A DNA stretch of 64,000 bases from Bacteroidales bacterium. Lineage in GTDB: Bacteria > Bacteroidota > Bacteroidia > Bacteroidales > UBA12077. The notes beneath the pieces were generated by a model. It was not told the origin of the DNA. It saw nothing but the letters and a program-made list of their open reading frames with translations, and did no database searches. The stretch is taken from contig JANQHR010000102.1 of assembly GCA_028282585.1 (NCBI GenBank), positions 1-64,000 of the forward strand, read 5' to 3'. Positions 1 through 10,888 of this stretch are shown here, one piece after another; the stretch's first letter is position 1; every line of letters begins with the position of its first letter. The position numbers and the translations under genes are program-made.

Positions 1-13
1 TTCGTATTTTTTA

Positions 14-110
14 CTTTGAGTAACTTTGTGTCTTCTTTGTGGTTCTCTGTGTAACAGTCTTTTATAATTACACCACAAAGTTTCACAAAGCAGGCACAAA
101 GAACACTAAG
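14..110. repeat. Inverted array of ~10-bp-period CACAAAG heptamers (REP-like palindrome)
   Basis: Left arm CTTTGAG/CTTTGTG/CTTTGTG/CTCTGTG (14-51); right arm CACAAAG x3 + CACTAAG (74-110). Confidence 0.7.
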
Positions 111-357
111 ACTTTTTGGACATCCCCTTTTTTATGCGATTGATCTGAGGTTACAAGATTTATTATTACTAAAATAAAGTTTGTATTAAGCTGACAAAAT
201 GGATAAAATATTAAAAAAGTTTTAAAAGAATTATTAACTTTAATATTTGGTCACTTAATGTATATAACTACATCTTCTATTTAATATTATTTATCGATAC
301 TTTAAGAAGTTTATTTATAACGTTATTAATCGATAAACAGATCTAATAATAAAGTGT

Positions 358-1620
358 ATGGAGGAAAGGATATCAATTTTGGTTGTTGATGATGAGCCGG
401 ATAATATAAAGTTAATTGATTTAATATTAAGGAAAGCAAACTATAAAGTTGAGTATGCTACCGATGGGGCTGAGGCATTACAAAAGGCAAACACAAAAAA
501 GTATGATCTTATTTTACTTGATATATTAATGCCCGAGAAAGATGGTTATGAGGTATGTAAAGAGTTAAAAAACAATCCGAGTACGAATGACATACCTGTT
601 ATTTTTCTTACTGCTCTTAGCAGTTCCGAAGATTTAGTGAAAGGGTTCTTTAATGGAGCTGTGGATTATGTTACAAAACCATTTGTAAGAGAAGAATTAA
701 TAGCAAGAATAAACAATCAACTACAGCTCTCAAGATCAAAAAAGGAAATAAAGTCATTATATGATAATATAACCGTAAAAAATAAAGGGATTGATGAAAG
801 TATAAAATATGCCAAAAGAATACAAAAAGCTGTTTTACCAGCACGAAATAGTATAAGGGAAGTACTTCCAAAACATCTGCTATTTTTTAAACCAAGAGAT
901 ATTGTTAGTGGTGATCTTTACTGGATAAAACAAATTGATAAAAAAGTTATTGTTTGTGTTGGAGATGGAACGGGACATGGAGTTCCCGGAGCTTTTATGA
1001 GCTTAATGGGGATTAGTTCATTGAACGCAATTGTTGCTGATATTAAAGAACCTGATGCTTGTGTATTATTACAAGAAATGCGTAATCATATTAAAAAGAC
1101 TCTACACTCATCAAGCAGTAAGGTTTCTGATAGCATAGATATGGCTTTTTGCGTTTTTGATTATGAAACAAAAGAACTATCATATGCCGGCGCAAAAATA
1201 CCATTGATAGTAATTACCAAAAATTCTGCAGAAATAGATAAAAATTATTCAGTTAAGCATAAAATTTATCAACGGGAAGGATATAACGCTCATTATATAA
1301 GTGGAAGTAAAAATATCTCAGAAAATCCCCAGGAAGAAGAAGTTTATTGCGGCTTTAAATTTTCGTTATCTACAGGAGATCGATTTTATTTATTTTCTGA
1401 TGGTTATGTTGATCAATTTGGTGGTAAAAATGGTAGAAAATATTCTAGAAATCAATTTGTTGAATTAATATTGAATGCCATAAATATACCCATTGAGCAA
1501 CAAAAAGAATTACTTGATAAGGAAATAAATAAATGGATGGCTGGGAACAAACAAGTTGACGATATGACCGTTTTGGGGTTTGAAATTGAAGATATTTATG
1601 GTGAGGTAGATTTATTTTAG
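358..1620 (+). CDS. Response regulator receiver fused to SpoIIE/PP2C-type phosphatase
   Basis: N-terminal REC (ILVVDDEP, LILLDILMP, DYVTKPF); C-terminal PP2C motifs VSGDLYW, GDGTGHGVPGA, FSDGYVDQFGG, QVDDMT. Confidence 0.92.
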   Translation: MEERISILVVDDEPDNIKLIDLILRKANYKVEYATDGAEALQKANTKKYDLILLDILMPEKDGYEVCKELKNNPSTNDIPVIFLTALSSSEDLVKGFFNGAVDYVTKPFVREELIARINNQLQLSRSKKEIKSLYDNITVKNKGIDESIKYAKRIQKAVLPARNSIREVLPKHLLFFKPRDIVSGDLYWIKQIDKKVIVCVGDGTGHGVPGAFMSLMGISSLNAIVADIKEPDACVLLQEMRNHIKKTLHSSSSKVSDSIDMAFCVFDYETKELSYAGAKIPLIVITKNSAEIDKNYSVKHKIYQREGYNAHYISGSKNISENPQEEEVYCGFKFSLSTGDRFYLFSDGYVDQFGGKNGRKYSRNQFVELILNAINIPIEQQKELLDKEINKWMAGNKQVDDMTVLGFEIEDIYGEVDLF

Positions 1621-1634
1621 CCTAAAACCGATTA

Positions 1635-2210
1635 TTAAAAATACAGCATAATTCCACCACCTACTATGTGGTATGCGTCGGAAGTTACCGCAATATTTGC
1701 TTCAACTAAAAAGTGTATGCTTTTAGTAATTTCAACCTCTACTCCCACAGGTATCCAAACTAAAATATCAGTTTCATTTACATCTTCTCCCGTGTTATTG
1801 GTTCTCTCCACAAAATCAAAATCGGCATCTGCTCCGGAATAAATAATTGCTTTGTTTTTTATTGGAATATCAAATAAAAAAGTTGCATCAGCTCCATAAT
1901 CTCCTGATTTATGACCTCCTACAGCCACAGACATATGTTTAGCTAACGCAAATTCAATATCTCCACCAACATAAAATGTATTTAATCTGCCCACTCCTGC
2001 TTTAACAGACACATCAATTCCGGATGTAAGCCCATAACCTGCATGAGCATATGCAATTCCTCCATTAACTCCACCATCAATATGGACCGCAGGCTGAATA
2101 CCTAAAGCTAACACTCCCTTTTTCAAAGTTTGCCCAGTATTAAATACTTGCGCATTTGTGCTTGCAGTAACTATAAATAATAAACTTATGATTACAATTA
2201 TTCTCTTCAT
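1635..2210 (-). CDS. Putative small outer-membrane beta-barrel protein
   Basis: Signal peptide (STNA-Q), Gly/aromatic alternating beta strands, C-terminal Phe. Confidence 0.6.
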   Translation of the reverse strand: MKRIIVIISLLFIVTASTNAQVFNTGQTLKKGVLALGIQPAVHIDGGVNGGIAYAHAGYGLTSGIDVSVKAGVGRLNTFYVGGDIEFALAKHMSVAVGGHKSGDYGADATFLFDIPIKNKAIIYSGADADFDFVERTNNTGEDVNETDILVWIPVGVEVEITKSIHFLVEANIAVTSDAYHIVGGGIMLYF

Positions 2211-2312
2211 TCCTATTTTTTAAAAATTCTCCTTAAAAGTAGAAAAATACTCTATAGTATTTATACTATTTTAAAATATTAATGTGCTTTTAATATCTTA
2301 TTAACAAAATAT

Positions 2313-4391
2313 TTAAGCCAGGTATTTTCCTATCAAATAATTAAATTGCTCCTCAATAATTGGTTTTGCAATATAATCGTTACACCCCGCCTTAATTGCT
2401 TTTTCTTTATCACCTGCCAATGCATATGCTGTTTGGGCAATTATTGGTATTTCGTGATTATTCATCCTAATTTTCCTTGTAACGGTATAACCATCCATTT
2501 CAGGCAAACGAATATCCATTAAAATTAAATCTATATTGGTATTATTTCTAAATAATTCTAGTGCTTCTTTACCGGTTTTCGCCCTTATATAATTAATTTT
2601 CTTATCATCTAATAACTCTTGTATAAAACTAAAATTCAAATCTTCGTCTTCCACAACAAGTATTGTTGGATTATTAAATTCCTTTTCTTTTTGTTTCTCG
2701 GTAAGAATCTTTTCAAAAGGAGTTTCAATCCTTTCATGTGGCAGGTTAAAATAAAATGTTGATCCCTTGCCTGCTTCTGATTCCAACCAAATTTTTCCAT
2801 TCAAAGCTTCCACATATCCCTTACAAATTGATAATCCCAGCCCCGTTCCTCCGTACAATTTTTTTGAAGAAACTACCACTTTATTAAATCTGTCAAATAT
2901 CTTTTCGTGCTCTTTCCTGTGTATACCTATTCCTGTATCGTTTACTGCAAATTCAAGCATTTCATTTTTAAGCTTACAAATAATATTAATACTACCTTTC
3001 TCTGTATATTTGAGAGCATTTGAGACTAAATTAAAAAGTATCTGTTTCAATTTTCCTTTATCAATATTAACTATTGAATTTCTTTCTGATAATTCGCAAT
3101 TAAAATCAATTTGTAGATTCTTTTCATCTGCTTTTAAAGCAAAAAAAGATACTGTTTCATTCAGCAATTCATAAATATCAGTCTGCTCCTTAAATATCTC
3201 GATTTGACCGGTTTCAATTCTAGAGATATCTAATATGTCATTTACAATATTTAGTAATTGATTACTACTATCAACAATTACTTTAATATAGTGAATCATT
3301 TTATTCTCCGTTATTCCTGGTTTTTGCAGCAATTTTGCAAATCCCACAATACCATTCATAGGTGTTCTAATTTCATGTGACATATTAGCTAAAAACGCTG
3401 ACTTTAATCTGTCATTTTCTTCTGCCTTTTCTTTTGCTAACTTCAACTCTTCAACTGTTTGCCTCAACCTTTCATTTACTAATGCATACTCCTCATTTCT
3501 TTGTTTAAGCTCAATTTCATTTTTCTCAAGCTCTATCGTTCTCTCTTTCACCTTTTCATCCAGATCCACATTTAAATTTTGTAATTCATAATTTGTTTCC
3601 TGAATACTAATATATGCTTCTTTAAGTTCATTAACTGTAATTTTAAATAATTCCTTCTCACTATCATAGGCTACCTGACCAACTTTAGCTTCTGCTTTTT
3701 GATATAATAATCTTATTTCTGATATAAATTTCTGGATAGGTTTCAATATGCTTCGAGAAATTAAATAAGCAAGTAAAAAGCTTAACACAACTACTAAAGC
3801 TATTATTGTAATCAATAAATTTTGGGTTGATTTATAACGTTCCTCTGATTCAATCAAAAATTCATCGGCTTTGCTTTTGGCAAAATCAGTCATTACTTTT
3901 GTCTTTTGAAAAAGCTCATTAACATGCCTAGCCCCTTTACCTGTAGTAATTGCTGCAGCATCTTTATCTAAACCTCTCCTTTTTAAATCAATAACTTCAC
4001 TTCTAATAATCCCCCACTCAATAAACGACCTATAAGCTAACTGAACATCATCCATATTACCAAGGAAGCGTTGAAATACAATGTCAAAAGCATCAATGGC
4101 TTGTTCGTTGTACTTATTAACCAAATTAACAGCACTATCCAATTCTGCCGTAGTTTCAGCAATTACAACATCTTTCATCGACCTGTGAATGCCATTAATA
4201 TGGATATTAATATCTCTAACAGCATTGCTAACTGTTAATGGGTGTTTATAAATTAATTTTACTTGTTCGCTAATTGTTCTCAACTGTATTATTGAAAATA
4301 TGCTTATACAAAGTGAAAATATAATTAGAACTGCAAAGCCAAGAACTAACTTTGTGCTAAACTTAAAGTCTTTTAATTTCATTACACCCAT
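2313..4391 (-). CDS. Hybrid sensor histidine kinase/response regulator with four-helix-bundle (MCP-like) periplasmic sensor
   Basis: Two TM segments; H-box FLANMSHEIRTPMNG; NLVSNALKYT, DTGIGI, GGTGLGL; C-terminal REC (LVVEDE, LMDIRLP). Confidence 0.93.
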   Translation of the reverse strand: MGVMKLKDFKFSTKLVLGFAVLIIFSLCISIFSIIQLRTISEQVKLIYKHPLTVSNAVRDINIHINGIHRSMKDVVIAETTAELDSAVNLVNKYNEQAIDAFDIVFQRFLGNMDDVQLAYRSFIEWGIIRSEVIDLKRRGLDKDAAAITTGKGARHVNELFQKTKVMTDFAKSKADEFLIESEERYKSTQNLLITIIALVVVLSFLLAYLISRSILKPIQKFISEIRLLYQKAEAKVGQVAYDSEKELFKITVNELKEAYISIQETNYELQNLNVDLDEKVKERTIELEKNEIELKQRNEEYALVNERLRQTVEELKLAKEKAEENDRLKSAFLANMSHEIRTPMNGIVGFAKLLQKPGITENKMIHYIKVIVDSSNQLLNIVNDILDISRIETGQIEIFKEQTDIYELLNETVSFFALKADEKNLQIDFNCELSERNSIVNIDKGKLKQILFNLVSNALKYTEKGSINIICKLKNEMLEFAVNDTGIGIHRKEHEKIFDRFNKVVVSSKKLYGGTGLGLSICKGYVEALNGKIWLESEAGKGSTFYFNLPHERIETPFEKILTEKQKEKEFNNPTILVVEDEDLNFSFIQELLDDKKINYIRAKTGKEALELFRNNTNIDLILMDIRLPEMDGYTVTRKIRMNNHEIPIIAQTAYALAGDKEKAIKAGCNDYIAKPIIEEQFNYLIGKYLA

Positions 4392-4475
4392 AATATGTTA
4401 ACATAACAATTTAGAATTTTCAACTAACTTATACAAGTATATTCATGAATATGTTATGTAATTTAGGTCATTTAT

Positions 4476-4721
4476 TTAACTATAAGGACCTAAGCTATCA
4501 ATTAGGGTAGTAAGACGGTGGTCTTTATAAGTTATACTTCCCTCATCATGTGTTATAGACATAATTTTAACCCGGTTATATGAATGAATTAATATATCCG
4601 GATGATGATTTTCTGCTTCTGCAATCTTGGCTACATCATTCACAAAATCAATTGCTTTAAGAAAGTTTCTAAACTTGAAAACTTTTATTAATCCATTTGG
4701 CGTTTCTTTCCACGATTCCAT
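4476..4721 (-). CDS. phhB: Pterin-4-alpha-carbinolamine dehydratase
   Basis: FRNFLKAIDFVN, AEAENHHPDI, THDEGSITYKD motifs; 81 aa. Confidence 0.9.
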   Translation of the reverse strand: MESWKETPNGLIKVFKFRNFLKAIDFVNDVAKIAEAENHHPDILIHSYNRVKIMSITHDEGSITYKDHRLTTLIDSLGPYS

Positions 4722-4788
4722 AAACTACTTTTTTCACTTTAACAATTCTGTAGAGAAAAAGTTTATAAAAATCGTTTCGAAGTAATTA

Positions 4789-5157
4789 TTAATTCAGACT
4801 TTTCTTTATTACTTCTTCAATTATCTTCTTATTGAAAGGTTTTTTGAGTATTTTCTTAATTAAACCTTTTTTTAATGCCTCTGATATTTCTTCATCAATT
4901 TCGTAACCGGTTAATATGAAATATGATATTTTTGAGAATTCTTCTTTTGAAGCTTTTATAAATTCTATACCATTCATTTCAGGCATCCTCATATCGGTAA
5001 TTACAACCTTGATTTGAGGATTTTCTTTTAAAATTTTAAGCCCTTCTAAACCCGAATCCGCGATTAATATATTAAAAATCTTATTAAAATTAAGCTCAAA
5101 TAATAATAAGTTAGTAGGCTCATCATCAACATATAGAAGAGTAATTTTCTCACTCAT
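4789..5157 (-). CDS. Single-domain response regulator
   Basis: LYVDDEP, VITDMRMPEMNG, LTGY, KPF; starts 2 bp after the PAS kinase stop. Confidence 0.92.
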   Translation of the reverse strand: MSEKITLLYVDDEPTNLLLFELNFNKIFNILIADSGLEGLKILKENPQIKVVITDMRMPEMNGIEFIKASKEEFSKISYFILTGYEIDEEISEALKKGLIKKILKKPFNKKIIEEVIKKSLN

Positions 5158-5158
5158 A

Positions 5159-8100
5159 TTATTTATTAATTAATGGTAAATTTATAATAACGGTTGTACC
5201 ACTATAAAGTTCAGAATTTATTTCAATATTTCCATTATGTTCTTTAATAATATTATAAGTAATCGATAACCCCAAACCTGTTCCTTTTCCCGGATCTTTA
5301 GTTGTAAAGAAAGGATCAAATATTTTTAATAAATTTTCTTCACTAATACCACAACCATTATCAGTAATTTGAATTTGAAGTTGCTTATTTTTTGCTTTGG
5401 TTCTAATTTTTATATATCCTTTACCTTCTATTGACTGAACAGCATTGGTTATAATATTAAGAAATGCCTGATGCATTTTTCCTTCATTACATTTAAAAAA
5501 GAAATTTTTAGTTGTATAATTTTTCTCTATACCAATTACGTCTCTAATCTGGTTACTTAATATATTTAAACAATTATCAATTATATTGTGAATATTACAT
5601 TCATTTATTTTAAATTCATCTTTATGACTGTAGTGATTCAAACTGGTTACAATAGTAGCTGCGCGCTCAACTCCTTCATTTATACTATCAATAAATATTT
5701 GTATGTTATCAAGATGATCCTTTGAGTTTTCTTGTAAGTAATCTTCTAAACCAAATGCACCACCTCGTATAAAATTTAGTGGATTATTTATTTCATGAGC
5801 AACACCCGACGCAAGCACACCTAAAGAAGCCATCTTTTCTGCCTGAATTAACTTTTTTTGCGCATTTTGTAAGTTTTTCAATGTAATTTGTAATTCTTCA
5901 CTCTGGCTATGTAATTCTTCATTTGTAGAAGACAATTCCTCATTGGTAGCTTCCAATTCTTCAGTACGTTCTTTAACATGAAGTTCAAGATGTTCTCTGT
6001 ATTTTGTCAACTCTTGCTCATTTTTTTTCTTTTCTGTAATATCACGAGCAATATATTGTAAAACCAATTGATTATTATAATACATTTTTGATGTTATTCC
6101 ACTAAACCAGTGAATATTATCCCAATTATCAATAAAACGTACCTCGATAATTCCAGTATGAGTTTCCTTTCCTGATATTAACTTTTCAATTGCTTCTTCT
6201 ACAATCGGCATATCATCACTGTGTATTCTTGCTTTTCTGTCAGGGTTCTTGTAATCTTTGGGTGTAATGCCTGTTACTTTCTCTAATTCATCATTGGCAA
6301 ATAAAATATTTTTATTCAAGTCAGAGATCATTATTATATCGGGAAAGGCTTCAATTATTGTACGATACCTTTCCTCACTTTCTTTGATCTTTTTTTCTGC
6401 TATTTTACGTTCGGTAATATTAGTAACAGTTCCAATGTAACCTTGAATTCTACCATCAACTATCTCAGGAACAGCATAACCAAGTACCCAAACTATAGAC
6501 CCATCTGGTTTTATAAATCTATACTCTGCAGAAGAATCTTCTCCTTTAGTTGATTTTAGTTCCCAATTAATTTGAAGAATTTTTTTATCATCCGGATGAA
6601 CAGCTTTTAACCATCCATTTCCTAACGCTTCCTCAAATCGTAAACCGGATATTTTCATCCATTTTGGGTTAACATAAGTAGTATAGCCATCTGCCCTGGT
6701 TCTAAATATTCCAACGGGAGATACAAGAGCAAGTGTTTGAAACAATTGTTGACTTTTTTTAAGTTTTTCCTCTGCAATTTTTCTTTCAGTGATATCTATC
6801 ATATTCCCGATAGAACCTATCACATTACCCTCGGAATCCTTTACTGGTGCTCCGCTTATTAAAAAATCAAATTTGGTTCCATCCTTTGCTATAAATTTGG
6901 CTTCATACTGGTTACTAATATTAGATTTTCTTCTTTTATTAGCTTCTATTATTTTCTCTTGATCTTCAGGATCAATTAATATCTCATATCCAATTTTGCC
7001 AATTATTTCTGATTCAGTATATCCTAATTTTTCGCTAAATCTATTGTTTACATATAGAACCCTATCATCATGATCTACTAACATAACAATATCATTCATA
7101 TTTTCCATAAGTGAACGATATTTTTCCTCACTTTCCAGTAAAGCTTTTTCTATTTTCTTTCGTTCGGTTACATTCTCCAAAAAACCCTCTAAATAAAGCA
7201 CCTTACCATCCTTATCCTTAACAGTTCTTGAGTTTTCTTTTAAAATAATAACTTCACCATTTTTCGTTTTCCATTCAGATTCAAAATTATTTACAAATCC
7301 CTGTTTATCCATTAATCCTTCAAAGTCAATACGGCTGGCATTCACAAAAAAGCTATCCTTAACTAAATTTTTTCCTTCTAGCTCCTCAACCGAACTATAC
7401 CCAAGCATTCTAACCAATGCAGGGTTTACGTTTAGTATTTCTCCTTCGGGTGTGCTCTGAAAAATCCCTATTTGAGCATTCTCAAATAATGACGCATATT
7501 TTAGTTCGCTCTCCGTTAATGCTTTTTCTGCTAATTTACGTTTGGTAATATTTACAATAAAACCTTCATAATATAAGGTTTTACCTTCATTATCTCTAAC
7601 AGCACGGGCATTTTCCCTTACTATAATGAATTCTCCATTTCGTTTAAACCAGGTTGATTCGAAATCTTTTATATATCCATCTTTTTCAATTCTTTCAATA
7701 AATTCCTGTCTATTTCTATTAAGAAAAACATCTACTTCACCAAGATTTTTATTTTTAACGTCATCAATGGATTTTAGCCCTTGTAACTCTAACATTGCCG
7801 GGTTCGCTTGTAAAATCTCTCCATCTGGTGTTGTTTGGTAAATTCCAATTTGAGCATTTTCAAATATCTCAGTATATTTTAATTCACTATTTTTGAGATT
7901 TTCTTCTGCCCTAATTCGATTATTAATATCTCTTTCCGCTTTATTTAAAGTTTGCCTATAAATATCATGTGTATAATAAATAACTATACCTATAAATAAC
8001 ATTGCGACCGATGTGTCAATAATATAATCAAAAATAGCCGCTTTAGGTAAGTTTAATAATGCTTTACTATATTGAGCATATATAATTAACAGGATAGTAT

Positions 8101-8572
8101 TCGCAATTATATAAATAAAAATAGCGTGCTTCCTTTTTTTTATAATAAGTGGTAATAAAGTCAACAGGGCCACTATAATAACTACAGTATCAAACCTGAC
8201 AATAATATTTCCTTTATCTGCCCACATGATAAACCAGACGCATAGCATGGTCGTGGAAATAAATAAGAATGATGCTAAAATATATCTGCCTCTTATAATT
8301 AGAAACTGACAAAATCCAAAAAATAAGATCAATAATATTTCTGAACTAATAATTTGGTAAAATACTTTATCGTATTCAACGCTCTCAATCTGAACATATA
8401 TCGTTGATCCAATAAGAAAGCAAGTTCCGATAATTGCCACCCATATTAAATAAAATATAAATCTTACTTTCTGTTTTGTAACAAAATCCGAATCTTTGTA
8501 GTTTGATAAAATACCTGGTAAACTTACATCCAAATAAATGTCATTCGTGTCTCTTGATCTTTTCTTAACCAT
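5159..8572 (-). CDS. Membrane-bound multi-PAS sensor histidine kinase
   Basis: Multi-TM N-terminus, five PAS/PAC repeats ending in (D/N)IT(E/K)RK-like motifs, H-box [22 protein letters not shown], HATPase DNGCGI/FFTTK/GTGLGL. Confidence 0.93.
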   Translation of the reverse strand: MVKKRSRDTNDIYLDVSLPGILSNYKDSDFVTKQKVRFIFYLIWVAIIGTCFLIGSTIYVQIESVEYDKVFYQIISSEILLILFFGFCQFLIIRGRYILASFLFISTTMLCVWFIMWADKGNIIVRFDTVVIIVALLTLLPLIIKKRKHAIFIYIIANTILLIIYAQYSKALLNLPKAAIFDYIIDTSVAMLFIGIVIYYTHDIYRQTLNKAERDINNRIRAEENLKNSELKYTEIFENAQIGIYQTTPDGEILQANPAMLELQGLKSIDDVKNKNLGEVDVFLNRNRQEFIERIEKDGYIKDFESTWFKRNGEFIIVRENARAVRDNEGKTLYYEGFIVNITKRKLAEKALTESELKYASLFENAQIGIFQSTPEGEILNVNPALVRMLGYSSVEELEGKNLVKDSFFVNASRIDFEGLMDKQGFVNNFESEWKTKNGEVIILKENSRTVKDKDGKVLYLEGFLENVTERKKIEKALLESEEKYRSLMENMNDIVMLVDHDDRVLYVNNRFSEKLGYTESEIIGKIGYEILIDPEDQEKIIEANKRRKSNISNQYEAKFIAKDGTKFDFLISGAPVKDSEGNVIGSIGNMIDITERKIAEEKLKKSQQLFQTLALVSPVGIFRTRADGYTTYVNPKWMKISGLRFEEALGNGWLKAVHPDDKKILQINWELKSTKGEDSSAEYRFIKPDGSIVWVLGYAVPEIVDGRIQGYIGTVTNITERKIAEKKIKESEERYRTIIEAFPDIIMISDLNKNILFANDELEKVTGITPKDYKNPDRKARIHSDDMPIVEEAIEKLISGKETHTGIIEVRFIDNWDNIHWFSGITSKMYYNNQLVLQYIARDITEKKKNEQELTKYREHLELHVKERTEELEATNEELSSTNEELHSQSEELQITLKNLQNAQKKLIQAEKMASLGVLASGVAHEINNPLNFIRGGAFGLEDYLQENSKDHLDNIQIFIDSINEGVERAATIVTSLNHYSHKDEFKINECNIHNIIDNCLNILSNQIRDVIGIEKNYTTKNFFFKCNEGKMHQAFLNIITNAVQSIEGKGYIKIRTKAKNKQLQIQITDNGCGISEENLLKIFDPFFTTKDPGKGTGLGLSITYNIIKEHNGNIEINSELYSGTTVIINLPLINK

Positions 8573-8734
8573 GTACTTTAGTTGAGAGCGTATATAACAA
8601 TAAATTTATAAATAGTTTTTTTAAATAAAAAGTTCAATTAGTAATCGAAATGTTGGTCTTTTAAAAAATGAAAAAGGAGATTTTACATTTTCTTAAATAC
8701 TATAGCAAAATAGATTTAATAAACTCTATAATAG

Positions 8735-10762
8735 TTACTTTTCAATTATTGGTAAAGCAATTTTAACAACGGTCCCTTTGAGGAGTTCCGAATCTATCTC
8801 AATTGATCCATTAAGTTCTTTTATTATGTTATAAGTAATAGATAGCCCTAAACCAATTCCTTCACCCGGATCTTTCGTTGTAAAAAACGGATCAAAAATC
8901 TTGGATAAATTTTCTTTGCTAATACCGCTGCCAGAATCTGAAATTTTAATTTGAAGTTGCTTATTTTGTGCAACAGTTTCAATCTTAATATCTCCCTTCC
9001 CATCAATCGCTTGCACCGCATTACTCAAAATATTTAAGACTGCTTGGTGCATTTTTCCTTCATTGCATTTAATAAAATAATTTGATGTTGAATATATTTT
9101 TTCGACCTTAATGTTATCTTCAATTTTATTTCGTAAGATATTTAAACAATTATCTATTATATCATGAATTTTGCATTCTGTAATTTTGGTTTCCGATTTA
9201 TGGCTATAATGACTCAGGCTTTTAACGATTTCTGCTGCTCGTTCGACACCTTCATTTATACTTTCCGTGTAAATTTTAATTCCTTCAACATGTTGCAAAA
9301 AATTTTCTCGTAAGTAGTCATTTAATCCATATATACCTCCTTTTATAAAATTCAAAGGATTATTGATTTCATGGGCAACACCTGAAGCTAAAACTCCTAA
9401 TGAAGCCATTTTTTCTGCATGAATGAGTTGCTTCTGCGTATCTTTAAGTTGTCCGAGAGTAACTTCCAGCTTCAGGTTTTTTTCATACATATCTTCTTTT
9501 TGGGTGGTAAGCTCTTCATTCAAAGTTTTAAGTTCTTCTTTTTGTTCCTTTAACGCCAGATTATTTTTAAATAAGATTCTGCTAGTCTTACTCTTAAGCC
9601 TATATGCAAAATAAATCAATAATACCAGTAGCAATAAAAAGGCTAAAATGATTATACCAACCGCAATACGTGCTCTGTTTCGCTGAAGTTCAAGTTTTTG
9701 ATACTCATTTTCAACCTTAAGGTCTGTTAACTCTCTTTCTTTTTGATCAATTTCATGTAAAAGTTTTATAGAACTCTGCGTTTTTTTACTTTTCTCTTCT
9801 TCAATACTTTTTGCTAGTTGAAGATATTTAATTTTACTCTCTAAAGAAGCTGTTTTATTATTTTTTGCCGAATCTATTTTATATTTAAGATCATAGTAAT
9901 ACATTAATAAAAAGTCACTATTGCTGTCCTCGGATGCCTTTTTAGCTTTTCCTGTATAATATTCGGCATTAGACAAATTCCCTAGCATTAAATTTAATTC
10001 TGCAAGTGCCTGATACAAAAACACCACGTAATGAGCTGGCAAATAACTTACATATTCCCTCTCTGCAATTAAATAATATCTAAGTGATTCATTGAGAGAT
10101 CCTATTTCTTTAAGATACCACCCAAAATTCATATGAGCCAATCCTGCAAAATCCTTTAAGTCGCTTCTCTCAGCTAATTTTAAAGCTTGCGATAAAAACA
10201 AAAATGCGGAATCGTATTGATTAAGTTCAAGATATGTAATACCAACATTCATTGTACCCGTTTCAATAGTTTGCTGATCTTGTATATCCTGACCTACCTT
10301 AATATAACTTTTATAATATGGTAATGCTTTCTCAAAATCATCTATGAACCAATAAATATTTCCAATCGCATTAAGTGACCTGGCTTCAAGAATAGGAAGT
10401 TTAATTTGCCTTGCTTTATCTCTGGCAGCAATAAAATTATCTGTAGCAAGATTATAAAATCCCATACTGGTATAATTACGACCAAGTAAAATAAGTAATT
10501 CGACCTCCGTCTTACCTTGCTCAACTGAATAAAAGGTGTTAGTTAATATCCTTAGTCCATTTCTTGCAAAACTTGTAGACTTTAACAAATCTGATTTTTG
10601 GAGCGCTTTGGCTAGTTTAAAATATGCATTTACTTTTTCTATTGAGTCGTTGCTGTTTTTAATAACTAGCTGTAAACTATCTATTGTATTTGCCTTCAGA
10701 TGACCCTGAATCACAAATAACATTAATAGTGAGACAATGATATATTTAATATTTAATCTCAA
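8735..10762 (-). CDS. TPR-containing sensor histidine kinase
   Basis: Signal peptide, TPR-like helices, single TM, H-box [11 protein letters not shown], HATPase; TTG start. Confidence 0.9.
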   Translation of the reverse strand: MRLNIKYIIVSLLMLFVIQGHLKANTIDSLQLVIKNSNDSIEKVNAYFKLAKALQKSDLLKSTSFARNGLRILTNTFYSVEQGKTEVELLILLGRNYTSMGFYNLATDNFIAARDKARQIKLPILEARSLNAIGNIYWFIDDFEKALPYYKSYIKVGQDIQDQQTIETGTMNVGITYLELNQYDSAFLFLSQALKLAERSDLKDFAGLAHMNFGWYLKEIGSLNESLRYYLIAEREYVSYLPAHYVVFLYQALAELNLMLGNLSNAEYYTGKAKKASEDSNSDFLLMYYYDLKYKIDSAKNNKTASLESKIKYLQLAKSIEEEKSKKTQSSIKLLHEIDQKERELTDLKVENEYQKLELQRNRARIAVGIIILAFLLLLVLLIYFAYRLKSKTSRILFKNNLALKEQKEELKTLNEELTTQKEDMYEKNLKLEVTLGQLKDTQKQLIHAEKMASLGVLASGVAHEINNPLNFIKGGIYGLNDYLRENFLQHVEGIKIYTESINEGVERAAEIVKSLSHYSHKSETKITECKIHDIIDNCLNILRNKIEDNIKVEKIYSTSNYFIKCNEGKMHQAVLNILSNAVQAIDGKGDIKIETVAQNKQLQIKISDSGSGISKENLSKIFDPFFTTKDPGEGIGLGLSITYNIIKELNGSIEIDSELLKGTVVKIALPIIEK

Positions 10763-10888
10763 TTAGCTTTTAAGATAGTATTATAATATAAGAACAATTC
10801 ATTCATAATCAGTTTATAATCAATACTCCTTTTTAGTAATGATACAAAAAGAGGAACACTAAATTGCCCTTCAATGATATGATGAAAA

